From an uncultured virus (IMG/VR IMGVR_UViG_3300028393_000049) (Duplodnaviria > Heunggongvirae > Uroviricota > Caudoviricetes): a DNA stretch of 64,000 bases. The notes beneath the pieces are model-generated. The model was not told the DNA's origin, searched no databases, and saw nothing but the letters and a program-made list of their open reading frames with translations. Location: IMG/VR virus record IMGVR_UViG_3300028393_000049. The stretch is one strand, 5' to 3'. This document shows, in pieces, positions 8,834-17,817 of the stretch (positions are counted from its first letter, which is position 1; every line of letters starts with the position of its first letter). The position numbers and the translations under genes are program-made.

Positions 8834-9022
8834 TTGGGCGATGTTGAGTGTATCAGATGCAGTTGGATAGGATACCTCGACGAAATCAACTCAATAAAAG
8901 ATAACAATAAATGTTGTCCTGAGTGCGAAGGTTTGATTGAAGAAATATCAAACAACAACTTGATAAATACATGCAAAAACTCAACTGGAGATATGCATGT
9001 CAATCAAAGATTTACAAACTAA
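8834..9022 (+). CDS. small Zn-ribbon protein
   Basis: CxxC ... CPEC. Confidence 0.45.
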   Translation: MGDVECIRCSWIGYLDEINSIKDNNKCCPECEGLIEEISNNNLINTCKNSTGDMHVNQRFTN

Positions 9023-9611
9023 AATAGGTGTAACTGCCGATGGTGCTTTCGGTAAAGGAACTTTACAGGCTGCTGCGAAGTTTTTTAATCTAACCAATAA
9101 TCGTGCAGCCCACTTCTTCGCACAGACAGCACATGAAACTGGCGACTTTCGATTATTCTCTGAAAATTTAAACTACTCCGTTGAAGGATTGCTTGGAACT
9201 TTCAAGAAGTATTTCCCAGACACCGCCACTGCTTCAAAATATGCTCACAACACAGTAATGATAGCTAACAAAGTTTATGCTAATCGTATGGGCAATGGAG
9301 ATGAAGCATCTGGCGATGGTTGGACATATCGTGGTCGTGGTGCTATTCAGTTAACAGGTAAAGCTAACTATCAGGCATTTTCTTCTCATATCAATCGCCC
9401 AGATGTTATGACTAATCCTGATATTGTTGCAACAGAACTTGCTTTCGAATCTGCTATATTCTTCTTTGATAAGAACAATCTCTGGACAATATGCGATAAA
9501 GGCGTTGATGATGCTACCATTACTATCGTGTCAAAAAGAATTAATGGTGGTACATTGGGTCTTGAAGATCGTAAGGCAAAGACAAAAAAATATGCAATTC
9601 TTCTACAATAG
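8997..9611 (+). CDS. GH19 endolysin
   Basis: AHFFAQTAHET, ENLNYS, YRGRGAIQLTG, INGG. Confidence 0.92.
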   Translation: MSIKDLQTKIGVTADGAFGKGTLQAAAKFFNLTNNRAAHFFAQTAHETGDFRLFSENLNYSVEGLLGTFKKYFPDTATASKYAHNTVMIANKVYANRMGNGDEASGDGWTYRGRGAIQLTGKANYQAFSSHINRPDVMTNPDIVATELAFESAIFFFDKNNLWTICDKGVDDATITIVSKRINGGTLGLEDRKAKTKKYAILLQ

Positions 9612-9719
9612 GGCTTGACTTTCTCTAAACAATAGAGTACTATATACAAATGGACCAAGTGTCCAGCATATAATGAATACTGTGGATACAAATCATACAA
9701 AAATAAGAGGGTACTACAT

Positions 9720-10667
9720 ATGACAAAAACTACATCTTTTGCTGACCTCAAGAAGGGTCGCCAAAACAATCTTGAGAAGCTAACTCAAGAACTACAGAAG
9801 ATGACCACTAATTCCAGTAGTGGTAATGATGATCGTTTCTGGCAACCAACTGCCGATAAGACAGGCAATGGCTCTGCTACTATTCGTTTCCTTCCTGCTC
9901 CCGCCAATGAAGATGTTCCTTTCGTTCGTGTTTTCGATCACGCATTTAAGGGTCCAACTGGCAAGTGGTATATTGAAAAGTCTTTGACTACCATTGGTCA
10001 GACTGATCCTGTTTCAGAACTTAATAGCAAGTTGTGGAATAAGTCTGATGATGATAATTCTCCAGAGCGTAAGCAAGCTCGTACTCAAAAGCGCCGTCTT
10101 CATTATATTAGCAACATCTATGTTGTTAAGGACCCAGCTAATCCTGCTAATGAGGGTAAGGTATTCCTTTATAAGTATGGCAAGAAGATTTTCGATAAGC
10201 TAAACGATCTTATGAATCCTCAGTTTGCTGATGAGACTGCGGTCAATCCTTTTGATCTTTGGGAAGGCGCTAACTTCCGTCTTAAGATTCGTCAGGTTGA
10301 AGGATATCGTAACTACGACAAGTCTGACTTCTCTGATTCTTCTCCACTATTGGATGATGATGAAGAACTAGAAGCAGTTTGGGGTAAGGAATATGGTCTC
10401 GGTGAGTTTATTGACCCCAGCAAGTATAAGCCATACGCAGAACTAAAGAAGCGTTTGGTTGAGGTTCTTGTTCTTGAAGATGAATATGAGGCTCCTGCTC
10501 GTCGGGCAGCTCCTGCTCAAAAGAAGACAATTGATGAAACTCTAGACGACGATGATATTCCACCATTTGAACCAACAAAGAAGAAGTCTGTACCAGTTAT
10601 TACAGATGACGACGATGATGATGAAGATGTTATGAAGTATTTTCAAAAGCTAGCTGACGAAGACTAG
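9720..10667 (+). CDS. gp32: single-stranded DNA-binding protein gp32
   Basis: GNGSATIRFLP, YKYGKKIFDK, GANFRLKI, acidic tail. Confidence 0.95.
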   Translation: MTKTTSFADLKKGRQNNLEKLTQELQKMTTNSSSGNDDRFWQPTADKTGNGSATIRFLPAPANEDVPFVRVFDHAFKGPTGKWYIEKSLTTIGQTDPVSELNSKLWNKSDDDNSPERKQARTQKRRLHYISNIYVVKDPANPANEGKVFLYKYGKKIFDKLNDLMNPQFADETAVNPFDLWEGANFRLKIRQVEGYRNYDKSDFSDSSPLLDDDEELEAVWGKEYGLGEFIDPSKYKPYAELKKRLVEVLVLEDEYEAPARRAAPAQKKTIDETLDDDDIPPFEPTKKKSVPVITDDDDDDEDVMKYFQKLADED

Positions 10668-10673
10668 ATAGAG

Positions 10674-10702
10674 AAGAGGGGATTTAGGTCCCCTCTTTTT
10701 TT
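10674..10702. terminator. intrinsic terminator between convergent genes
   Basis: AGAGGGGA/TCCCCTCT stem followed by T run. Confidence 0.75.
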
Positions 10703-13454
10703 ATGCGTAATATGCTATGTTCAATGAACCTCTTGGTCCTGCCGTTGGCATATTGATAGCATTATTTTCATTGTTATTGTTAACATTTGTTGTTGAAATA
10801 GAAGTTACTGTTGGAGAACCTTTGTCTCCTTTTCCTCCTTTTTCTTTCATTTTAGTATTATTGCCAGTATTATTAGCAAGATCGGTTGTCTTCTTATCAA
10901 AGTCTGGTGCTTTTACTTGTTCAATACCAAGCTTTCCACTAGGTCCACGCTTAAGTGGCATAATAGCTTCTGCTCCAGCTTCGCCCATAAGACCCTTCTT
11001 GCCTTCGCCATAACCAAATAATGTTGGCTTATCGACAATACCACCATCAGCAAACTTTCTAACCCCACCCTTATCAAAGGCAGACCCCAAAGCAGATTTC
11101 ATATCTGGCTGTGAATTTTCATTTGGTGCAGGGACTGCATCTGGTGGGACATCTTCTTGTGGTGCGCTCATAGCATCTTTTGCAGCCAATGCAACATCGA
11201 TACCAACGCTTGCCGCAGTTCCTACACCAGGAACAGTACTTGCAAGACCACTGGCAGCTTCCAGACCCGCTCCAACAATATCACCCTTCATAAGACGACC
11301 AATAGCTAATGCGCCGCCTACGAGTGCTCCAATTACAGGTATTTTCTTCAATAATGATTTACCAACAGCTTTACCAGCTATTTTAGCCAAACCTTTACCG
11401 CCAACCTTTAGTAGTCCTCTTTGAGCTACTCTGGCTAATCCTCTTCCACCAACTTGTCCAATTTCTTTTCCTGCAAATTTAGAAAGAACTGATGATCCCT
11501 CTTTTTGCATAAATTTTGAAACTATTCCACTAGAACTTTTTCCTGCAAATTTTGAACCAGCATCTTTTCCTAAAACTTTAGAAATAATACCTCCACTTTT
11601 TCCTCCAGTAATTTTTGAAAAAAGTTCTTGTCCTTTTTTACCTAAAATAGATTGTTCTTTTTTAATAAATCTTCCGTCAGGTCCTCTCAATTGTTTTTTT
11701 CTAGAAAATGCTTTTTGTAGTGGACTTTCAGCTTTTTTTGTTTCTGAAATAAATGGTTCAGCGTCTTTTTTAATAAATCTACCACGAGCATCTCTTTTTT
11801 GAGTTGCGGCTTTTTGTTTTTGTTGTGGTTCTAAATCTTGAGAAGATTGTTTTGCTTCAGGTTTAGATTTTTGTTTTTTTCGTGGTTCTGAATCTTGAGA
11901 AGATTGCTGCGAAACAGGTTCAGCTTTTTGTGTTTCAGGTTCAGATATTTGAGAAGGTTGTTGTGAGACAGGCTCAGATATTTGAGAAGGCTTCTGTGTT
12001 TCGGGTTCAGATACTTGATAAAGTTGTTGTGAAACGGGTTCAGCATCTTTTTTAATAAATCTACCACGATTATCTCTTTTTTGACCTGAGACAGATTCTG
12101 TTTGTTGTGAGACAGGTTCAGCATCTTTTTTAACAAATCTACCACGGGCATCTCTTTTTTGAGTTGCAGTAGGTTCTGTTTGTTGTGAAACAGGTTCAGC
12201 ATCTTTTTTAGTAAATCTTCCGCTAGAATCTCTTTTTTGAGTTGCAGTAGGTTCTGTCTGTTGTGTCTGTTGTGTCTGTGATGGTGTTTCAGATACTTGA
12301 GAAGGTTGTTGTGAAACAGGTTCAGCAACTCTTTCACTAGTGTCTCTTGTTTGTTTTGATGTAGGTTCTGTCTGTTGTGTCTGTTCTGGTGTTTCAGATG
12401 GTTTTCGTGTAGGTTGTGTTGAAGTTTGATTAGCAACTCTTTCACTAGTGTCTCTTGTTTGTTTTTCTGTTACACCTTTAGGCATCAGAGAACTTAGCTT
12501 TTCAGCTATAGCATCTGCTAATTTTGTAACAACAGAATCTGAAATGCTAACAATAGAAACATCTTTTCCTTTACCTCTGGAAGAACCAGATGGACCAGAA
12601 GGTGCTGGTTTTGCATCAGTAGCTTTTCCCGCAGATTCTTCTTTGAGACCTTGAACTCTATTTTGTTCTTTTTGAGCAGTTTCTTGTTCTCTTTGCATTT
12701 CATTACTTCTGGCATATATTCCAGTAATGTCTGCGCCTTCAGCAACAGTTTTTAGTCCTTGTCCAAGACCTTTTACTCCCGCCGTCTTGAATGCTTCCAT
12801 TCGGCTAGGTCTGTTTCTAAATCTTTCTTGTTCGGCAAGATAATCTTTTTCAGAATGTTCTTTTTTAGTTTTTGTATTAAAATATTTACCGCTGGCTTCG
12901 TCTTTTACAATTTCAGGTTTGCCACGTAATTCTTGGTAATTTTTAATAAAACTTTCACCAATAGTACCTTGTTTGGCAATACGTTCTTTAGCAGATGCCT
13001 TTAGTCTTTCACCAAAAGTCATTTTTTCTGTTGGTGCTGTAAAATCTGTTTCTTTAGATTTGCCTTGATCTGGTTGTACAGCAGTTCCAATAGTAGTATC
13101 TAAGGTATCATTTAAATTACCTATTGATTTATTTAAATTTTTCATAGTCTGAATTAAAGACTTGAAAGTATTTTGCATTTCTTTAGTTTGAAGATTTGGT
13201 GTTGTTGGTGCTTTAGGCGAACTATCTGCTTTCGCTTTTCCCGCTACAGTTGAAGTTGGAGCAGAAGAAGTTGAAGAAGGAGCACTAGTTTCTGCTGGTG
13301 AATCTTTCTCCATTTGAGCAGAAACTTGATCCAACATTTTGGAAAATTCTGTCGTTACTGGTTTTTTACTTTTAGTGTCAACCCAAACTCCCGCATCATT
13401 TTTGATGTAAGATTCGTTTTTACCGAGTATTATGGGAGTTTGGTTATTTGCCAT
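10701..13454 (-). CDS. tape-measure/baseplate-hub-like protein (gp29 position) with internal repeats
   Basis: LKKIPVIGAL...G/A-rich segment, FADGG...GEAGAEAIMPL motif of tape-measure C-termini; follows gp26/gp51. Confidence 0.65.
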   Translation of the reverse strand: MANNQTPIILGKNESYIKNDAGVWVDTKSKKPVTTEFSKMLDQVSAQMEKDSPAETSAPSSTSSAPTSTVAGKAKADSSPKAPTTPNLQTKEMQNTFKSLIQTMKNLNKSIGNLNDTLDTTIGTAVQPDQGKSKETDFTAPTEKMTFGERLKASAKERIAKQGTIGESFIKNYQELRGKPEIVKDEASGKYFNTKTKKEHSEKDYLAEQERFRNRPSRMEAFKTAGVKGLGQGLKTVAEGADITGIYARSNEMQREQETAQKEQNRVQGLKEESAGKATDAKPAPSGPSGSSRGKGKDVSIVSISDSVVTKLADAIAEKLSSLMPKGVTEKQTRDTSERVANQTSTQPTRKPSETPEQTQQTEPTSKQTRDTSERVAEPVSQQPSQVSETPSQTQQTQQTEPTATQKRDSSGRFTKKDAEPVSQQTEPTATQKRDARGRFVKKDAEPVSQQTESVSGQKRDNRGRFIKKDAEPVSQQLYQVSEPETQKPSQISEPVSQQPSQISEPETQKAEPVSQQSSQDSEPRKKQKSKPEAKQSSQDLEPQQKQKAATQKRDARGRFIKKDAEPFISETKKAESPLQKAFSRKKQLRGPDGRFIKKEQSILGKKGQELFSKITGGKSGGIISKVLGKDAGSKFAGKSSSGIVSKFMQKEGSSVLSKFAGKEIGQVGGRGLARVAQRGLLKVGGKGLAKIAGKAVGKSLLKKIPVIGALVGGALAIGRLMKGDIVGAGLEAASGLASTVPGVGTAASVGIDVALAAKDAMSAPQEDVPPDAVPAPNENSQPDMKSALGSAFDKGGVRKFADGGIVDKPTLFGYGEGKKGLMGEAGAEAIMPLKRGPSGKLGIEQVKAPDFDKKTTDLANNTGNNTKMKEKGGKGDKGSPTVTSISTTNVNNNNENNAINMPTAGPRGSLNIAYYA
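11650..12470 (-). repeat. coding repeat array (KRDxxGRFxKKDAEP, QQPSQxSE, KQTRDTSERVA units)
   Basis: four near-identical KRDxxGRF copies plus a degenerate fifth; DNA-level repeats visible. Confidence 0.9.
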
Positions 13455-13457
13455 GAT

Positions 13458-13739
13458 TTATGAAGGGTCCGATGTGCCGTCAGTTCTAACAACTTTTTTT
13501 GTAAACTTCTCAAGACCAGTAAAGCCTAGTCCAGCGATAGCAAGATCACGAACGCCATCAAAGATAAACTGATCTATCTTGAAGCCTCCAAATAAATTTG
13601 CAAAAAAAGCAATAAGAACTGCAATCAAACAAATTAAAGTTGCATATCTTTTTGATGATGGATTACCATCAACGTCTTTCATAATTCCGCTTAGATAATC
13701 TGTAACTAATTTAGGTGAGATCATTTTGTTATCCGCCAT
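13458..13739 (-). CDS. small membrane protein
   Basis: GNPSSKR followed by hydrophobic helices. Confidence 0.6.
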   Translation of the reverse strand: MADNKMISPKLVTDYLSGIMKDVDGNPSSKRYATLICLIAVLIAFFANLFGGFKIDQFIFDGVRDLAIAGLGFTGLEKFTKKVVRTDGTSDPS

Positions 13740-13917
13740 TTCTTAATCGTTCGTTTTCTTCTTCTAGGTGTGCGTTTAACATAATAACGTAGATATCACG
13801 TTCAAATGGAATTAGGTTATCTATTTCAGTAAGAGACCAATTGTGATGGTGTGCTAAGTTAAAGTTTAATACATAAAAATTACTTAATGTATTGTGACTT
13901 AGCCCTACTGAAAAAAA
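13729..13917 (-). CDS. gp51: baseplate hub assembly protein gp51 frame (no start codon; predicted -1 frameshift extension of gp26)
   Basis: manual translation SHNTLSNFYVLNFNLAHHHNWSLTEIDNLIPFERDIYVIML; no ATG/GTG/TTG before codon 46. Confidence 0.8.
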   Translation of the reverse strand, partial: FFSVGLSHNTLSNFYVLNFNLAHHHNWSLTEIDNLIPFERDIYVIMLNAHLEEENERLRNGG

Positions 13918-14606
13918 TCATTAACTCCTTCCAGAGTAATGCTCCTATTGTTTCCAAGACTATTTATATAGCTGATTGTGTGTTCAATCTTTGGAAGAGA
14001 TTCAAAAAAATCATAAATCTTTTCCATCTGTTGTAATGAAAGAGAAGACAGAAACTCTTTCATTTCTTCTATCGTATGTTCACTAGCCTTATAAACTGAA
14101 TCATCATTATAAATGCTCTCGATACATTCAGAAACAACTTCTAGAACTTCGTCTGGATCATTTTCGTCAAATTCGGTGAATTTAATCATCATTTTGAAAT
14201 TTGGATATTTCATAACAATACCAACGTCATCTGTTATTTGAATAGTCTTATTGTTAGATGGGTCTTTTGTTACCTTAATATCATCAAGATCAAGAGCAAA
14301 ATCATATATCTTATTGTCTTCATTATCTTTATATTTTAGTTCTACAATATTATTAACAGACTTAGCTCTTAATTTTAAGAATAGATATTCAATGTCAAAA
14401 ATAGGAAGATCGTCAATATTAATTTTAGATAGAACACAGTTGCCAATAATTTGACTCATTGCACGAATAGAATCTTCAACTTCATTGCTTTGTTGAGCCA
14501 ATAGTAAAATCTTTTCTTCCTTTACTAGGAATGGTCTAAACGTAATCTTTTCACCAGTAGATGGAAGAATGTCAGTGAATGTTGGATAATCAATTTTAGG
14601 TAACAT
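13905..14606 (-). CDS. gp26: baseplate hub assembly chaperone gp26
   Basis: LPSTG..I.FRPFLVKEEKILL, FDIEYLFLKLRAKSV, MKYP. Confidence 0.9.
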   Translation of the reverse strand: MLPKIDYPTFTDILPSTGEKITFRPFLVKEEKILLLAQQSNEVEDSIRAMSQIIGNCVLSKINIDDLPIFDIEYLFLKLRAKSVNNIVELKYKDNEDNKIYDFALDLDDIKVTKDPSNNKTIQITDDVGIVMKYPNFKMMIKFTEFDENDPDEVLEVVSECIESIYNDDSVYKASEHTIEEMKEFLSSLSLQQMEKIYDFFESLPKIEHTISYINSLGNNRSITLEGVNDFFQ

Positions 14607-14620
14607 TATTAATAATTCCT

Positions 14621-15172
14621 TTATGAATCAGAAATTGAGAAACTCTTGTAAACAAAAGTAACGGGCAATTCGGTTATTTGGTCGGTTGCAGCCCAGTTTA
14701 AGTTTACACTTGACACTGATGCTGGAAAGGCTTCTTTGATAGTATATCTAGCAGAAATGTTTCCAACACCATCGAACTGATCAATGATTATGGTAGACAA
14801 GTAATCAGAACGATAGTTTATTCTAAAGCTTTCATCAGAAGTTGTTTGTCCAATATCAACAATATTTGCTGACCATTCTCTAAATAACTTTAAAATTTTA
14901 CTGTCTTCATCATTAAAAAATACCATGTTTATCGGAGAAAAGTTTACACCAATAGGAAAAAACTCAGATGCCCCAGAACCCTTTGTTCTAGCACTGAATA
15001 GTTCTACGTCAGTTCCTGGCAAATTTACAGAATAACATCTAAGCTTTAAAAAATCAGAATCTTGGTATCCTTTAGCTTGCGCCCATGCTGGTAAAGTAAT
15101 GGAAGCTTCAAAGTGTGCTGATCTAGTATAACCTGTAAATTTTTTAGAGAAATCTCCAATGTTAAATGACAT
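14621..15172 (-). CDS. tail-tube-fold protein (gp54/gp19-like)
   Basis: SVNLPG, EAFP.SVSSVNLNW...ELPVTFVY. Confidence 0.75.
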   Translation of the reverse strand: MSFNIGDFSKKFTGYTRSAHFEASITLPAWAQAKGYQDSDFLKLRCYSVNLPGTDVELFSARTKGSGASEFFPIGVNFSPINMVFFNDEDSKILKLFREWSANIVDIGQTTSDESFRINYRSDYLSTIIIDQFDGVGNISARYTIKEAFPASVSSVNLNWAATDQITELPVTFVYKSFSISDS

Positions 15173-15777
15173 TATTTTGCTGCCTTTGCGCTGTCTGCCC
15201 AAACTTGTTGGTTTGTGGCTTTTTGGAATCTTTCGGTTGGTAAAAACAATCCAATGTCCCATTCTTGTGGCTGTATCAAAATAAACTTAGACCTAACGTG
15301 GCTTCTCAAATATCGCTTTAGACACGGCTTATACATATTTGACTTTGCTATAGACTGCAAAGCTTGATAGCTTAAATTAATTTTTGTTTTTTCATCATAT
15401 CTATTATCGGTAGTTATGCTGTATAGAGCATCCATAAGTTTTGCTCTCAACATAGGTTGTAGATAGTGCATGTTAAGACCATAGAAACCATTCTCAGTAT
15501 ATTCAATTGGAAATATCAAAGGAAACGCATCCCAGTATGGTAGTTTGTCTTTTGTCTTCGCGTCATACATAAACAAGTACATCTTACCAGGAATAACAAC
15601 ATTAGTTAATTCCGCAGCCTTTTCGCTCATTAGACGTGCTTCACTTACGCCTGATGCTCGTCTCGCACGGCTTCTATACCAATCTCTGGCTTCTTGTGTC
15701 TTATTTGGAATAATATTTTGCTTAATCCCACGATTTAGGATTGAAGTAAAAATATATTTGTCCGTTACGGAAGCCAT
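15172..15777 (-). CDS. gp2: DNA end protector gp2
   Basis: PGKMYLFMYDAKTKDKLPYWD.FPL, GLNMHYL. Confidence 0.92.
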   Translation of the reverse strand: MASVTDKYIFTSILNRGIKQNIIPNKTQEARDWYRSRARRASGVSEARLMSEKAAELTNVVIPGKMYLFMYDAKTKDKLPYWDAFPLIFPIEYTENGFYGLNMHYLQPMLRAKLMDALYSITTDNRYDEKTKINLSYQALQSIAKSNMYKPCLKRYLRSHVRSKFILIQPQEWDIGLFLPTERFQKATNQQVWADSAKAAK

Positions 15778-15819
15778 CAGTTGTCCTTTTGATGTTCAAA
15801 TCTTATATATTTAGTTGGT

Positions 15820-16260
15820 CTAATACTTAATATTTAGTTCTTTTTCCGTGATAATTTTGAACTCGTAGTTATTCTTTTGGCAATATATATCAGCAGCAGA
15901 CCACTTAGCTAGATTAGTAGCATAGGTCATTACTTCGTTTAAATATTGACGAGTTTGTCTAGACTTCTTTTCTGGTTCTTGTGTTTGCTTGAAAGGTTTT
16001 ACTTCAATAACATAAGTAGCCAATTTGTTATCTGGTGTTCTTACTGTCATCTTAAAATCTGGAAAATACCTATGAATACGATTATCAACAGGAGATCGAT
16101 AGGGAATACAAAATTCTTCAGATTGCCATTCAATTATGTTTGGATCGCTATCGCATCTATTCATAAAAGTCAATTCATAACTTGAGCGAAATACTATCTT
16201 GGTTGGATCACCTTTATATTTCTTTGGATTTTTTGGAGTGAACTTGCCTTGGTTTGCCAT
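15820..16260 (-). CDS. gp4: head completion protein gp4
   Basis: KYKGDP..I.FRSSYE, HRYFPDF, IEVKP, ITEKEL. Confidence 0.92.
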   Translation of the reverse strand: MANQGKFTPKNPKKYKGDPTKIVFRSSYELTFMNRCDSDPNIIEWQSEEFCIPYRSPVDNRIHRYFPDFKMTVRTPDNKLATYVIEVKPFKQTQEPEKKSRQTRQYLNEVMTYATNLAKWSAADIYCQKNNYEFKIITEKELNIKY

Positions 16261-16268
16261 GCTATCAT

Positions 16269-16297
16269 CTAAATACTCTTGAAACTTCTGTATTTAG
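16269..16297. promoter_or_regulatory. pair of opposed late promoters (CTAAATA) for gp48 and gp4
   Basis: CTAAATA on + at 16269 and on - at 16291-16297. Confidence 0.6.
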
Positions 16298-16306
16298 GGA
16301 TAAAAA

Positions 16307-17137
16307 ATGGCAGCGTTCTTAAAAGACCCAAATAAAGCTCCTAAGTTGGGTCAATCGTTTAATCAAATGCGGTTTCCATCTGATATCAAAACGGAATACT
16401 GTAGCATTTCTGCGGTAAAATATCAAAGAACTTTGCCTTCTGACCCAGCACTTTTGGTTTCTACTGGCGCATCTGTTATTCTTCCTATTCCATTTTCTGG
16501 ATTAGATGATAATTATGGGATGAATTATAAAGAAGTTGATACTGGAGCTATGGGTGGCGCTTTAAATACGCTAATGAGTAATTCTTTACTTGGTGGAGTA
16601 AAAAAATTAATTGGTGGTGGTGCTCTTGCTGGTATTGATGAAATTGCTAAAGGTGCTGCTGGAGGTCTTGCTGGTGCAGTCGGATTAAACCAAGATACTG
16701 CTAGACAAATGACACAACAAGCTCTTGGTCGTGTTGCTAATCCAAATATGTCATTATCTTTTCAGGGTGTAAATTCAAGATCACATAGATTTTCTTGGAA
16801 ATTAGTTGCTAAAAGTCCAGCAGAAAGCAAAACTATTCAAGATATATTAAGATTTTTTAGATCAAATTCTTTACCAAGTAAAGCAGCAGGTGCTGATATT
16901 CAATTAAACTATCCGCATATTTTTCTTATTGAATTTTATGGTCCAAACCAAAGACTTATTATGTTTAGTAAGCAGGGTCTTTTCTTGAATGATTTAAATA
17001 TATCATACGCAGATGAAGCTCACCCTGTATTTTTTAAAGAAACTGGACTACCAGCTTCTATTACTCTTACAGCTAACTTCCTAGAGCGTATGCTTACTAC
17101 TGCTGATGATGCCGATGCTTATTTTGGTGGCGTTTAA
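16307..17137 (+). CDS. gp48: baseplate tail tube cap gp48
   Basis: NPNMSLSFQGV..R.HRFSWKL...S..E, YP.IF. Confidence 0.8.
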   Translation: MAAFLKDPNKAPKLGQSFNQMRFPSDIKTEYCSISAVKYQRTLPSDPALLVSTGASVILPIPFSGLDDNYGMNYKEVDTGAMGGALNTLMSNSLLGGVKKLIGGGALAGIDEIAKGAAGGLAGAVGLNQDTARQMTQQALGRVANPNMSLSFQGVNSRSHRFSWKLVAKSPAESKTIQDILRFFRSNSLPSKAAGADIQLNYPHIFLIEFYGPNQRLIMFSKQGLFLNDLNISYADEAHPVFFKETGLPASITLTANFLERMLTTADDADAYFGGV

Positions 17138-17169
17138 GTCACCACCAACCTTTAATTAAAGAGAAACTT

Positions 17170-17817
17170 ATGAAATACTTCGAAAACTTTCCTTCAATTA
17201 AATATGGAAATACGGCAGTAACAAATATTTCTGCTCGTGTTAAATTTTTGGAAACTGCAAAAAAACAAAATGTTCTTTTTTATCCTTACACCATTAAAGA
17301 TGGCGAAAGAGCAGAAAATCTTGCCTTTGACTATTATGATAGCACAGATTTTGTTTGGTTGGTTTATTTGATAAATGATATTGTTGATCCATATTATGAC
17401 TGGCCATTGTCCAGTAAAAATTTAGATAAGTTCATCGCACAAAAATATGAAACAAGCGCAGGTATCAATGATGGTATTGCTGCTGCTTTAGGTACTACTG
17501 TTTTTTATCAAAAAGTTCCAAAAGTTTATTATATAAACCAAGTAAATTTAAATTTCTACACAGAAACAGAATATTTGGCAACATCTATAGCTGATCCTTG
17601 GAATTGGACAAAGGTGACACAAGATGATTCTATCTACGTGTCTCCAGATTCTCTGGCTGCTGCTATGGATGCTGATCCAGGATCACAATGGACAGCCCTT
17701 GATGCGTATACATATGAAACTAATTTAAATGATGCCAAGAAATTTATTAGATTACTAGACAAAACATATACAACAGAAGTTAGTTATGAATTGAAAGAGT
17801 TATTGAGCAATGGCTAA
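17170..17817 (+). CDS. gp53: baseplate wedge gp53
   Basis: YFENFP, Y.IKDGERAE.LA..YY, N.IVDPYYDWP. Confidence 0.88.
   Translation: MKYFENFPSIKYGNTAVTNISARVKFLETAKKQNVLFYPYTIKDGERAENLAFDYYDSTDFVWLVYLINDIVDPYYDWPLSSKNLDKFIAQKYETSAGINDGIAAALGTTVFYQKVPKVYYINQVNLNFYTETEYLATSIADPWNWTKVTQDDSIYVSPDSLAAAMDADPGSQWTALDAYTYETNLNDAKKFIRLLDKTYTTEVSYELKELLSNG

Noticed and set aside
11831..12445. 204-aa alternative-frame ORF
   Set aside because: By-product of the coding repeat; no RBS or domain features
11650..12470. CRISPR array
   Set aside because: Repeats are in frame within a CDS, variable in length, with related rather than unique spacers
13899..13907. TAG readthrough as route into gp51
   Set aside because: Zero frame hits TAA two codons later; gp51 is in the -1 frame
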